DNA of 64,000 nucleotides from Podarcis pityusensis (lineage: Eukaryota). Shown here piece by piece: positions 11,956 to 23,570 of this stretch. The notes below the pieces were generated by a model. The model was not told where the DNA came from. It saw nothing but the letters and a program-made list of their open reading frames with translations, and did no database searches. The position numbers were made by a program, and so were the translations under genes. Position 1 is the stretch's first letter. Every line of letters starts with the position of its first letter. Location of the stretch: NCBI GenBank assembly GCA_964106645.2, contig OZ067040.1; one strand, given 5' to 3'.

Positions 11956-12090
11956 CAGTGCTGTTTTTCTAGAGAAAGAGGTGCCGGAACTCACCATGAA
12001 CTCCTCCCTTGTTCTCTTATAATGGCAATGGCACCCACCTGAGAGGGGCCGGAACGGAGTTCCAGTGAGTTCTGGCTGAAAAAAGCCCTG
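11956..12090 (+). mobile_element. hAT-type MITE (same family as 6752)
   Basis: Shared body gaggtgccggaactcac; degenerate 8-bp TSD ctgttacc/ctattact. Confidence 0.8.
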
Positions 12091-12729
12091 CTATTACTAC
12101 ACATTTACTCACGGAAAAAGTTTCTAGATAAGCAAAGCCAGACTCCATGTTTTTAAGCACAGTACATATCAATTTTGTAGCCTGTTAATGTGTTGTACAC
12201 TATTTCAGTGCTCCCTCTTGCATTCTCTGTGCTGCAAACATAACAGACCAATATTTTACTTCTTGTTTACAAACAAGGCGCCTGATGCCAAAGGTATCTG
12301 CTTAAGTCAGGAAGTCAGTTGGTCAAATAATTTATAGGGTTAATAATTTATATGCAAATAAAGTCAGAGTGCCAAACTGTAAAGGAAGGAGGAAAATTTT
12401 CATAGTTCTGCTCTAGTCCGACATGGATTTTTAAATATATATATATATATATGTATATTTCCCAATATAGTATTGAAATTGTTTGGCCCTGGGTCTGAAG
12501 CTAAATGCCTCATCAAGATAATTTTTTTGCACAATTTATGCCACAATTCATTGTGGCATAAGCGGTTGTCCTTCCTAGAAAAAGTTCCACTAGGACATTG
12601 GGATAACTTGTAGCAGTTTGAGCATCTAAACAGGTTTCTACCTTCCTATATTTCCCATCCCTGACATCCATCTAAGTAGGTCAAAGAAAACAGATGGATA
12701 GCTGAGATGCCCCCTTTCAGCCTGATGGC

Positions 12730-13400
12730 TCCATTCCCTTGTGGGGAACCTCCCAGGAACCTCCCAGGGGCTACGGGCCACAGTGGGCTGGGCCAGAGGC
12801 AAAAGTGGGTGGAACAACGGATGCCACTCTCACCTTTTGTACAGAAAGGTTGTATTTCAGCCATGCAAAAACCAGAGGTTTCTACATGCACATGCCATCA
12901 CAACCATCTCTCCGTCCTCCATGTGGCAATGCAAGAAATTATCAAGATGCCAAAGCCAGGGGCGGAGGAAGGGGGTACGGTGGGGCAGGTCACCCCGGGT
13001 GTCACCACTGAGAGGGATGACAAAATGCTGGATGGCACTCACTGCGGGGCCTGCAGCAGGCCCAAGCCACACATCTCTCCTGGGAGTGACATGGCGGCTT
13101 GAGCGCCTGCAGGCTCTGCACTGCCCCAAACGGTCCGTCCCCCCCCGCCTCCCCCTCAGCTGTAGGGCAGCTGAATGGGAGGAGGCAGGCAGACTCCTCA
13201 GAGGCTCCACCTCACGGATAGCTGCCCCTGGGCGCAGGGCACGCACGCCACCCCAGGCATCCAATTGGCTTGCTCCACTGCTGGCCAAAGCCCTAGCACA
13301 GCAGGGTCAGTGAGAGGTGTGGCCTGAGGCGGGGTGTGGCCTCAGGAGAGAGCCAAGGGCCAGTTACAGAAGCCTGCATGGCTGCATTTGGCCTCAGGCT
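12730..13400. mobile_element. Older hAT-like non-autonomous element hosting a nested insertion
   Basis: GC-rich motifs (ggccagaggcaaaagtggg; ggctgcatttggcc) resemble lizard hAT-Charlie-like MITEs as I recall them. Ends are not sharply defined. Confidence 0.5.
12957..13283. mobile_element. hAT MITE, 327 bp
   Basis: Perfect 8-bp TSD GCCAAAGC (12949-12956 and 13284-13291); imperfect TIR CAGGGGCGGAGGAAG / CAGCAGTGGAGCAAG. Confidence 0.85.
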
Positions 13401-13420
13401 TCACATTGCTGAAATTACAG

Positions 13421-13657
13421 TTCCCGGTGTGGTGTAGTGGTTAAGAGCGGTAGTCTCGTAATCCGGTGAACTGGGTTCGCGTCTCCGCTCCTCTACATGC
13501 AGCTGCATGGGTGACCTTGGGCTAGTCACACTTCTCTGAAATCTCTCAGCCTCACTCACCTCACAGAGTGTTTGTTGTGGGGGAGGAAGGGAAAGGAAAA
13601 TGTTAGCCGCTTTGAGACTCCTTAGGGTATCAAATCCAAACTCTTCTTCTTCTTCTT
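13421..13657 (+). mobile_element. tRNA-derived CORE SINE (Squam3-like)
   Basis: A-box tggtgtagtgg, B-box-like ggttcgcgtct, CORE gggtgaccttgggctagtcac, L2-type tail agccgctttgag and (TCT)n end. Confidence 0.82.
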
Positions 13658-14559
13658 TCAAACACTTCCTCAATGCCTCTTCCCCACCCATATTGTTTCC
13701 TGAAATATCCAATATTGTTTTCTGAAATATCAAGGCCTCTGCCCCATTTGCTACTGCCTAATTTCCCCCTCTCACTATTCCATTTTTTCACGCCCTGTCC
13801 TCTGCATTCACTGTTAGCTTCCAATACAAAGGTGGTCTGCAGGATCCACAAGTAGATGCCACGTTACAGCAGTTTAATACCTACCACATGCTAACAATCA
13901 GAGATAGTAGCTTGCAGCCACAACTTGCCGTTGGGACCTATACACTGTATACCATCAAAATATCATCAGGTGCAAAGCACCACTGTGTTGAAATCAAATT
14001 GAAATGTCTGAACACCTGCTGTAGCCCCGTTCAGACTAACAAAGCATCCGTTTCCTGTCACATGAACAAAACAGCCTCAAGTTTGAGTGTTCTTCCCTTT
14101 TTCACGCCTGCAAAGAGATCAGAAGTGTTCACTTCCACTTTTCAAACAGCCACAGTCCCCAGTGATGCCTGAATTCATGGAACTGTGATTTGTTTAAACA
14201 ATGGTAAGTGATAATGAGACAGGGCCATACAATGGTTCCATTCTGTCTTGTTCCGAAAATATTTTTAGAAAACAAAATTAAGTTTCTAAGTCTTGACATC
14301 TGAGGGACTGTGTGGTCACTTTAAAATTGGAAGCATATGCGCCTGAACTTTTCCTCTGATGTGCAAAAGAGAAGGAGAGGTTAGCCCGTCAGCCAGAGGC
14401 TCAATGTGCTTCATTACATAGCCGGAAAATATTCTTTCCTAAAACAGCAGGACTGGGCCAAAGACTAATCAGATCATGTCACAGAAGTATCAGTAGGAGC
14501 TTTTCACACTACTTTGTGCTGTTTCCCAATAAAAATTCACCTGTTCCCTTAGACAGACA

Positions 14560-14680
14560 GCAATGAGCTTTTTCAGTGGCTGCTCCCTATTTGTGGAATG
14601 ATCTCCACCTCAGATCCTCATTGTCCGCTTTTAGATGCCAGGCTAAGGCATTCCTGTTCCAGGCCTTTGATAGCTAATTT
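14560..14680 (+). mobile_element. Old L2 3' fragment
   Basis: gagctttttcagtggctgctccctatttgtggaatg...caggcctttg, the degenerate AFSVAAP.LWN motif. Confidence 0.55.
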
Positions 14681-17600
14681 GGACCATCCTATACTATGAT
14701 TCCTGGCCTCTCTGTGGTGTACATTTTAAGTTGGATGGGGTAGGATTTATCCTTTTTATAATACTGTTGGATAAGCACTTTTAGATAATTTGTCTTTTAC
14801 TGACTTTCCTGATGCATTGTTTTTAAATGTTTGTAAGCATTATGTTTTTATGGGTTTGCAAGTTACCTTGAGACATTTTTGTTGTTATTGCAGAAAGTGC
14901 TGAATTGTAGTCCCTTTTAACTCTGCAACTCTATGATTTCCCTGCTTGCCAGCTAGGCACCTGTATTAAGCCTCTTTCATGGAACTTTTTGACAGAGCAT
15001 CTAAGTGCCTTGACTACTGATAACGTTCTCAGTTTACTGTAATGCTAGCTTTCCAGGCTGCAACACTGGAAGGTTTTATAGCTGCCATTTCAAGTCTATG
15101 ATGAACCCTGGAGTAACATACTGTATTCTTGAAAGGAGAGTCTCTCAGCTTTCTGGCACATATGCTTCAAATACCAGAATATTATGGATATATATGGTGC
15201 TCGTCACAAAGACCTCCAAAGCAAGCTGGTATTTAACGCTGGAGCGAGCTAATTTGGAGCTAAACTGCTTTGTGAGAGGCAGTTTGGCTGCTGTCAAACC
15301 AAGCAGTCTGAATACGTGTGGCAGACACATTCTCCTTAAATGCTGCTAACAATGATCACAATGATCACGTTTGTCAAAGGAATAAACACAGCAAATGATT
15401 ACGCAGCGAACATCTGCAGAGCACACGTCTGTCGTTCTTGGAGTTTATTGACTATTAATTTGATGTATGTTTCTTTTAAAGAATGCATAATGCCTTTTTC
15501 TCTTCAGTGACTGTCCTTTATTTGAGCCTTCTTCCATCTTCTATTAGTTTGCTTCTTTCTTTCTTTATATTTCTCCTTTCATGGCTTAATTAATTTTGGG
15601 TCAGAGAGAAAAATAAGGTTGTTTCATAACTCACAAAGATATATTTCAACAGCTGAACTTTTACAATGAAGGGTAACACAAAGCAGCTCAGAAGATCACA
15701 TATAAACTCTTCCTTTCCATTTGTTTTGGTTGTTTTCAAAGCCATTGGCAAATTATTAGATCCCCAAATAAGGCAGCTGTCCTGGGCAAACGGGCCAGGT
15801 GGTTACCATTATCTAACAGTAGACAAATGCCCACTCTGTGGAACAAGCATTGCTACTGATGTCATCAGTGAGCATGTAAATCAGAATTACCTCATTGGCT
15901 TCCTTGGAGCTATGCCAATTTAAACCAGCAGAGCGACTGCCCAGGTTAATGTCAGCCACAGCAATGAGTCCATTACCTTCATCGCTTAAAAGACTGCAAG
16001 GGGGCCACGAGGGTCATTAAGTCCATAATTGAAAGACATTTGCACAGTGAATTCCTTTGCTCTGTTCTCAGCCAACCGTGCCTACCTGCGTGAGCTGTGC
16101 TACAACCCCTGGAAAGATATATTTAGCATGATCAGGGTTCATACGTGCAAAGCTCAGCTGTGACTTCAAATTGGCACACGGTGGGAAGCTTCTCACAACT
16201 GATAGTTTGTTTGCTCCCCTGTTTCCAATAGTTCAGTGGGCACAGGTGGTGCCCCTCTCTGCCTTAGAGCCTTGGACCCTGAGAAGCAGAAATGCCTCAG
16301 ATTCTTCAGTGCATTATTTGTACAAAGGCTCCACAATCCTAGGATAGTCCTAATTAAGCAACCTCTCCGTTTCTGTCCTGTTATATGCAAGTCACAGAAA
16401 TCACTGCTGTGTCATCCAAATGCTTTCGAAAGCCTGTTCATTTCTTTGGGTGGTGATTCACATGCACCTACTCTTACATGGGAATAATTCTGAAGTCCAC
16501 TTAATTCTCTTTAAAATTAAAAAATTAAAAATGCACTATTTGTCATTCTCTGGAATAATATATTTGTATACCGCTTGCTTCAAATCCCAGGTTATTATGG
16601 ATAAGGAGGTCACATAGACCTCCAGAACAAGCTCATGTATAATGGAGCAATACAATATATTTGCAGTACAAAGTGTTTTACAAGTTTGAATCTTGTTTGT
16701 CCTTGTAACTAACTGATCTGAGATAGGCACTTTATGGCCAAATTTTATCAAAGGGGAACAGAGGTTGAGGGACAGTGGCTTACCAAAAATCAACTGGTGT
16801 CTGACCTCAGCTAGTATTCAGAAAAGCATCATTCGTAGGACTACATCACATCAGAATGCAGGTGTCTGAAGGCTCTGCCACGAGTTGTTGTTTTTTTTAA
16901 AAAAACCTTGCACATAGGTCCTTCTCCTAGGCCTGCTAGCTTCAAAGGCAGAAAATTTCTGACATGGAGAAACATTTGATCATGCAATTTTCCATTTGTT
17001 TCTAAAACTGTAGGGATCCAGAAAAACAATATCACGTGCTATTCTGAATGTGAAAATTATCTCTGAGATGGCACTGACTTCAGAGATCTGAATCTGTTAG
17101 GGAAGTTTATAAATATTTTGCCCTTTCTGATTTTGGAACTTCAAATGTAACTTGTGTAGCCAGAACAAATAAATCCTTGGGGTGACAGTCAACTAAGTGT
17201 TACTCAGAGCAGACCCATTGAAATTAACGGACCTTACTTAATTATATTCATCAATTCCGGCGACTGTACCCTGAGTAAAACTAAAACGAAGACCACCACA
17301 GTCAGCAAGTAACTTGAGCAACGGTTGAAAGGTCACACTCTGATGTTCTGCCATGTGAGGCAACGGGCTCCTCCAAAGTATCCATAGCAAGCAACAGAGG
17401 CGTGGGCAGAGTTCTGTTGTGATGCATCCCAGTTGTTCATTTCTGCCTTGTCTCTTCTCACACGAGACTCAGCAGTCCAGGTGCATAAGGAGAGGATTCT
17501 ATGGAGGGAGGAGGGAGCTTGTGAAGGCCACATCTGAAACACCTGGGACCTGTACACCTGGTGAAGAGGATGCGGCCACAACAGCGCATGCCTCTCTCTA

Positions 17601-18334
17601 GCACCCTCTCTCCCTCCAGTTGCGGTATCTGCTGCCACCAGATAAGACATCAGTTATTTACCAGGCTGCCCCTTATCAAACAGCCTCCCCAGAGTTCCCT
17701 GGGGTCTCTCTGAAGCCTCCTTAAGTTTAAAGCTCTAGGCCTCAGCATGTTTTGATAAAGCTGAGACCAGCAGGGTTTATCTAACACGAATTTAGTTTCC
17801 TAAGATAAGAAAGACATGCAAATGTTACAGAGATGGAAATGTGATGCTCAAAAGGACGGAAACCCAAAATGTACCCTTTGGAGCAAAAACAAATCAAAAC
17901 TGGATAAACAATCCCTAACTCACCAGGCTCTTAGCAGGACCAGCCCTGTCTGCCGTATCTGTATTTATAGATCTCCCTTGTCAATCATGTGTTCCTCTCC
18001 TCAGGTTACAGATTCAAGGAAGTTTGGAGCTTTTCCTTTCCCCACCTCCAGAAAAGGGATGTGCCATCCTGCACATACATGGTGACAATGCCTTGGGGCA
18101 TAGTTAGTTAACCCTACAATCCCCACATGAACGGACCAGAGAGACAGGTATCTTTTTGCCATATGCAGCAAGACATACATGCAAGATACACATTTCCGTA
18201 ATGTACACAAGCATATACATAAGAAGCCCAGAACTATAAAGCCATTCTTTCACAGTTAACTATATTTTTGTGTATAAGGATGTTGCTTGGATCAGGTGCT
18301 CTGCTGGTGCTCATGTGAAATCCCCCCCCCCCCA

Positions 18335-18443
18335 AAAAAAATTCAGCCAGAACTCACCAGAACTCAGTTCCGGCACCTCTCAGGTGGGTGCCATTACCAT
18401 TCTAAGAGAATGAGGGAGATGTTCACATAGAAAAATAGCACTG
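18335..18443 (-). mobile_element. hAT-type MITE (same family as 6752)
   Basis: Reverse-complement body (gttccggcacctctcaggtgg) ending aaaaatagcactg. Confidence 0.75.
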
Positions 18444-18477
18444 CCTAAAATACACTCCTTTTAACATTCTTCACATA

Positions 18478-18719
18478 CAGTGGTACCTCGGGTTAAGTAC
18501 TTAATTCGTTCCAGAGGTCCATACTTAACCTGAAACTGTTCTTAACCTGAAGCACCACTTTAGCTAATGGGGCCTCCTGCTGCTGCTGCGCCACCGGAGC
18601 ACAATTTCTGTTCTCATCCTGAAGCAAAGTTCTTAACCTGAAGCACTATTTCTGGGTTAGCAGAGTCTGTAACCTGAAGCGTATGTAACCTGAAGCGTAT
18701 GTAACCTGAGGTACCACTG
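18478..18719. mobile_element. Tigger-like MITE, complete
   Basis: TA TSD; TIR CAGTGGTACCTC...GAGGTACCACTG; internal AACCTGAAGC repeats. Confidence 0.9.
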
Positions 18720-18789
18720 TATTTGTGAGCAGCATGGCCCCACGCTGCCTATAATGGAACCTCAGAGGTGCTTAGAAATAGGTCCAAAC

Positions 18790-18877
18790 CTTTCAGCACA
18801 GCCTCTGGACTGTCTTTCAGAAAGGCTGTCACAACCCACGGTTTGGAGGGGAAGCCTACTGTGGCCACTCTTCGACC
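18790..18877 (-). CDS. PKHD1: PKHD1 exon (~exon 63), 88 nt; not in the ORF track
   Basis: Acceptor ttatttccgtag|G, donor AAAG|gtttgg. Encodes GRRVATVGFPSKPWVVTAFLKDSPEAVLK (recalled human [29 protein letters not shown]). Phase 0 to 1. Confidence 0.93.
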
Positions 18878-19414
18878 CTACGGAAATAAAAAGAAACATA
18901 GTGTGTTGTTGTTAGTCACCACTGTTTTTCCTAATGGGGGGGATGATGATGTTGACAATGATTTCTTACCCCATCTTTCAACCCAGGGCAGGTTGTAAGA
19001 ATTTAAAAACGCAATATTAAAATTAGTTAAAACAAGTTGCGGTCAAGTGGTGACCACAAAAATGCTATAAAATATTGGAAAACCACACTGATGGTTCATT
19101 GAGGAGATGGTTCAGGAAGGTTTCAACCTCAGTTGCGTTTCTTCTTCTCTTGTCTGCCACAGCTGATCCATAAAAGAGCAATTGTATTAAAAGGACCCAT
19201 TTATGCTGTTCATCTTCACCAGCTAGCCATGTAATATCTGATTAATGATCTCCCCCTTCCTGTAAAAATAGGAAGAAATGGTCTGAGTGATGTCTCATTC
19301 AAGCAGACTCTGAAATGGGCTCAGGTCCCTTGAAGAGTCATCTGTCTTGCTCCATCCTTCATCCTGCCTGTTGCTTCAGGCAGGGAAAAAGCTATTGCTT
19401 CCACTGTTCTATGG

Positions 19415-19551
19415 CAGGTGTGGGGAATGCTGGGCTCTCCAGATGTTGCTGAAATCCAGCTCCCATCAGCCCTGGCCATTGCCCTTACTTGCTGGGGCTG
19501 TTTGGAGTTCTAGCCCAGCAACATCTGGCGGCCAGAGGTTCCCCACACCTG
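19415..19551. mobile_element. Palindromic hAT MITE
   Basis: CAGGTGTGGGGAA...TTCCCCACACCTG termini, internal ccagatgtt/aacatctgg arms, TSD ttctatgg/ttctagga. Confidence 0.78.
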
Positions 19552-19634
19552 TTCTAGGAGGACTGTCAGGGTGATGCTTTGATGTGACTTCCTTTCACAT
19601 AAGCAATGGAAGTGCCACTGGCCTTGAAGAGAGC

Positions 19635-19784
19635 CATGGGCATAGCCAAGGGGGGGCAGGTGGCAGCTGCCCCTGCCCCAATCAAGTAAAATAATAGAAA
19701 TACTTAACTAACTGGCCAATCACGTTGGTTCTGCCCCCTAACAAAAGTCCTGCTCCCCTAACAAAAAACCTGGCTATGCCCATC
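19635..19784. mobile_element. hAT MITE, 150 bp
   Basis: TIR CATGGGCATAGCCA/TGGCTATGCCCATC; 8-bp TSD aagagagc/aacagagc. Confidence 0.82.
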
Positions 19785-19983
19785 AACAGAGCCTACCGCT
19801 ATTGAAATATACAAAGGGGGGGGGAGGGATCTCAGAAATCAGCAATTGGAGAGGAAGTGAAGATAAGGGCAGTTCAAATCTACCCCTTTTCCTGATTAAG
19901 ATGTCCCACTGTCCATCTCTAGTTCCTGAAAAGGGCTGCTCACCGAATACAGTTCAGATCCCAATGCAGCAATTCAGAAAAAA

Positions 19984-20036
19984 ATTATTATTATTATTAT
20001 TATTATTAGTATCATCATCATCATCATCATCATCAT
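19984..20036. repeat. Compound (ATT)n(CAT)n microsatellite, probably the tail of an L2-type fragment
   Basis: Direct reading; followed by tataccacccttcatcc...gcttacaat. Confidence 0.85.
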
Positions 20037-20885
20037 TTCTATACCACCCTTCATCCAAAAATCACAGAGAGGCTTACAATACAAAAATGCAAAAATACAT
20101 GTCATTGAAACTTTGCTTCAGGAAAACAAAAGTTGTGTGTCTCCCCATTCACTATTACTGAAAGCAAAGAAGTCTATAACTCCTTTACCACTTGCACTAG
20201 AATGTTTCCAAGGAATAGGTGCAGGACGTTTTCTGTAAGCATGGCCTTTACAGTTTAATGGAGATTTTTAAAAGATTTGCTTCTCCTCCCCCCCCCCCCC
20301 ACTTGTCAGAAATGTATATGAAAACAATATACATTATAGAAGTGCCTTTAAGTAATTAATCTAATAAATTTCAGAAAGATAGACAGGGTTTTTTTCTGCA
20401 GCACATATTTAAAGTTGATTATAGGGAAAGGAAAATCTAAAAAGGATCTTGCTTACCTCCCTGCAATTTAGGAAAATGGTGGTGTTTTGGTTTTTAAAAA
20501 TGAAAATAGCATGTATTACACGTTTGTCACTGCAAAATTTCAGAAGGATTGGTGCATGAATTAAAGTCTGTGGATTCATGGATATTTTCTTTGCTCAATG
20601 GACATCAAATTCTGTGATACAATGCATTAAACTTCAAAGACACTAAAATGCAAGTTGCAATCTTGTGCACCATTATTCATGTGTGTTTTTATTTATGTGA
20701 AAAGGGCTGCCATTTCTGATATTTCTCTTTCAGCAACCAATATTTAAAAGACTACATTTTCACATTCACCTATAAAATGAAAGGATGGGGTATTAGGATT
20801 ATGTTTTACATTGGACATTTAAATCTAGCAGTCCTGCATACAGGATATACCCTTATCCCAAATGCGCCTTCTTATAATTCCATAC

Positions 20886-21021
20886 CTGCTTATCCAGGAA
20901 GATGACCTGTGGTTGCCTGGGAAGGGGGCTTTCCATCACCCCATTAGCGGGCTGGATCCGGACAGAGATGTTATAAGGCCTGACATAGAGGCAACTTCCT
21001 GGAGTCTGGCTGCTTCCATTT
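20886..21021 (-). CDS. PKHD1: PKHD1 exon (~exon 62), 136 nt
   Basis: Acceptor ttccatgttcaag|A, donor AAGCAG|gtatgg. Encodes RNGSSQTPGSCLYVRPYNISVRIQPANGVMESPLPRQPQVIFLDKQ. Phase 2 to 0. Confidence 0.93.
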
Positions 21022-21164
21022 CTTGAACATGGAAAAATGTTAAGAGGAAAAGAAACCACCATTACTGGCTATTCATTCAGAATACATCTGGAACCATCAC
21101 TGGGCACATCGGTGAGAGAATTTCTACCCATATGGCTAGTTTTATGGAATCTACCAGTTTCCCT

Positions 21165-21514
21165 GGGACACGGGTGGCACTGTGGGTTAAACTACAGAGC
21201 CTAGGACTTGCCGATCAGAAGGTTGGCGGTTCGAATCCCCACAACGGGTTGAGCTCCCATTGCTCGGTCCCTGCTCCTGCCAACCTAGCAGTTCGAAAGC
21301 ACCTCAAAGTGCAAGTAGATAAATAGGTACCGCTCCGGCGGGAAGGTAAACGGCGTTTCCGTGCGCTGCTCTGGTTCGCCAGAAGCGGCTTAGTCATGCT
21401 GGCCACATGACCCGGAAGCTGTACGCCGGCTCCCTCAGCCAATAAAGTGAGATGAGCGCCGCAACGCTAGAGTCGGCCACAACTGGACCTAATGGTCAGG
21501 GGTCCCTTTACCTT
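21165..21514 (+). mobile_element. Full-length Sauria SINE
   Basis: tRNA-like head gggacacgggtggcactgtgg...ggttcgaatcc, (ACCTTT) tail, 13-bp TSD TACCAGTTTCCCT. Confidence 0.95.
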
Positions 21515-22201
21515 TACCAGTTTCCCTAATCCTAACAGGTTAGTACAGTAAATCCTCTGTGCTCTCTGCTCTATAGCACAGGGAATAATTCAAAGATGGT
21601 GCCTGCAAATATGTGCACTGTATCTTTAACTACACTATGGTCCTTTACTTTTCAAATTCTCTGTGCAGGTAGGCTCCTCCTTAAACTTTTACTTCCAAGA
21701 GTAAAAATTGAATTCAAACACCTGGGATTATTTGAATGCATGGGAGAAGGAACTTCATTCTGAGCCCATGCAGCCCGACTTCCTTCTCAATGCTTTGTGT
21801 CATTATGCTTATTACCGTATATATGCTTCTAAACCACTGCTACAAGGTGATGACTTGGGGTTTGATATTGCCTCAAAATGAAAGTATAAAAACCATTTAT
21901 TTTTATCTCCTGGTGTTTGCTTTAAGGTGTTGTACAAACAATGCATTTATTGAGAGCCTATTCACTTTGGTTTAACTCAATTTCTTTAACAGGTTTCTCT
22001 GAATTCTAAAGGCACTCTGGGCTTTGCAAAGCTTTTGCCTTTGCAAACGATGCTAGGAAGGAAAAGGAAAAGTGGCTGATTTCAAAGCTAATAGTCTATG
22101 TTGCCTTCTAATACTGCTAATCTGAAATAACGCACAGGGACTGAGAAGTGGATTGTAGAAAATTAGTGGGAATATTTTCACTAGGCTTATATACTTTACC
22201 T

Positions 22202-22368
22202 AGGAAAAGACCCTGATGTTGGGAAAGATGGAGGGCACAAGGAGAAGGGGACGACAGAGGATGAGTTTGATCAAGCTGCGGGAGGCAGTGGAAGACAGGA
22301 GTGCCTGGCATGCTCTGGTCCATGGGGTCACAAAGAATCGGACACGACTAAATGATTAAACAACAACA
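22202..22368 (+). mobile_element. BovB (RTE) LINE 3' end with an internal deletion
   Basis: ggaaaagaccctgatgttgggaaagat...ccatggggtcacaaagaatcggacacgact...(CAA)n, the recognisable BovB terminus. Confidence 0.9.
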
Positions 22369-22884
22369 TCACGATATACTCTACCTAAGCAGGAAAACTA
22401 TTCTTATCAGTGCTAGCAATAAATGTAAAAGAATGACCTCACTGGGCATAACTGGTAGGATCAACATGTACAGTATGTGTTCTGCCAGACCTCAGTAAAG
22501 GTTACAAGCTCACAGTTTCCAGGCCTGCTGCTCCCACCAGAAAGAACAAGTCTTGTGGACAGAGCTTATTAAAGCCTAGACTGACTGGTTTTTCTCTTGG
22601 AGAGCCATCCCTGATTGGAAGTGTCAATCACAGAACTCCACTCCTCTGCCTCTCTGTTTTTTGTGTTTTCCATTTATGAAAAGGTTGGAGGAAGTTCTAA
22701 AATTGGACTAAATATCCCAAACAAGAAAACAATTTCTAGAAACCCTCCTGAGTTTTCAAAGTGGCTCCAAAGCCTCAAAGCCTGCTAACTTTGCTTTGGG
22801 TTTTGAGGCAGTCAAAAATATATTTGAGACGGGGATGGTTGCTTCCTCAGAGGTGAATTCACAAACCTAGCACAGCTCAGACTT

Positions 22885-22965
22885 CATGCATCCAGTAAAT
22901 GGGCATCAGGCTGCAAAACTTTGTACCATAATAAATCTGTTAGTTTAACTCTAAGGTGCCACAAG
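22885..22965. mobile_element. Degenerate Penelope-like terminal fragment
   Basis: aataaatctgttagt...taaggtgccacaaga motif. Confidence 0.5.
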
Positions 22966-23012
22966 AAGGCTGTTGTTAAGAATTTTGTTACTTTTTCCAT
23001 GTCATAACATAA

Positions 23013-23177
23013 TAGAATCATAGAATCATAGAGCTGGAAGGGACCATCTAGTCCAACCGTCTTTAATGCGTCTTTAATGCAGAAATCTTAACTAAAGTGT
23101 CCATGACAGATGGCCATCCAACCTCTGCTTAAAAAAAACCTAATGGGATCACCTCATGAGGGAGACTGTTTCACTGT
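23013..23177 (-). mobile_element. CR1 LINE 3' end
   Basis: (ATAGAATC)n tail, gagctggaagggacc, acagatggccatccaacctctgctt. Confidence 0.85.
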
Positions 23178-23207
23178 GTATATGTGTGTGTGTGTATGCT
23201 TTTTCTA

Positions 23208-23570
23208 GGGACCTGGGTGGCGCTGTGGTCTAAACCACTGAGCCTTGGGCTTGCCAATCGGAAGGTCAGCGGTTCGAATCCCCACAACAGGGTGAGCTCC
23301 CGTTTCTCAGTCCCTGCTCCTGCCAACCTAGCAGTTCGAAAGCATGTCAAAGTGCAAGTAGATAAATAGGTACTGCTCCGGCGGAAAGGTAAATGGCGTT
23401 TCCGTGCACTGCTCTGGTTCGCCAGAAGTGGCTTAGTCACGCTGGCCACATGACCCAGAAAAACTGTCTGTGGACAAACGTCGGCCCCCTTGGCCAGTAA
23501 AGGGAGATGAGCACTGCAACCCCGGAGTTGTCCGCAACTGGACTTAACTGTCAGGGGTCCTTTACCTTTT
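23208..23570 (+). mobile_element. Full-length Sauria SINE
   Basis: 13-bp TSD TATGCTTTTTCTA; head, body and tail as at 21165. Confidence 0.95.

Noticed and set aside
12646-13313. Overlapping ORFs up to 190 aa
   Set aside because: GC-rich nested hAT MITE sequence with few stop codons; no domain signature.
13421-13500. tRNA-like sequence (also at 21165, 23208, 38503 and 44461)
   Set aside because: These are SINE heads with bodies, tails and in several cases TSDs, not tRNA genes.
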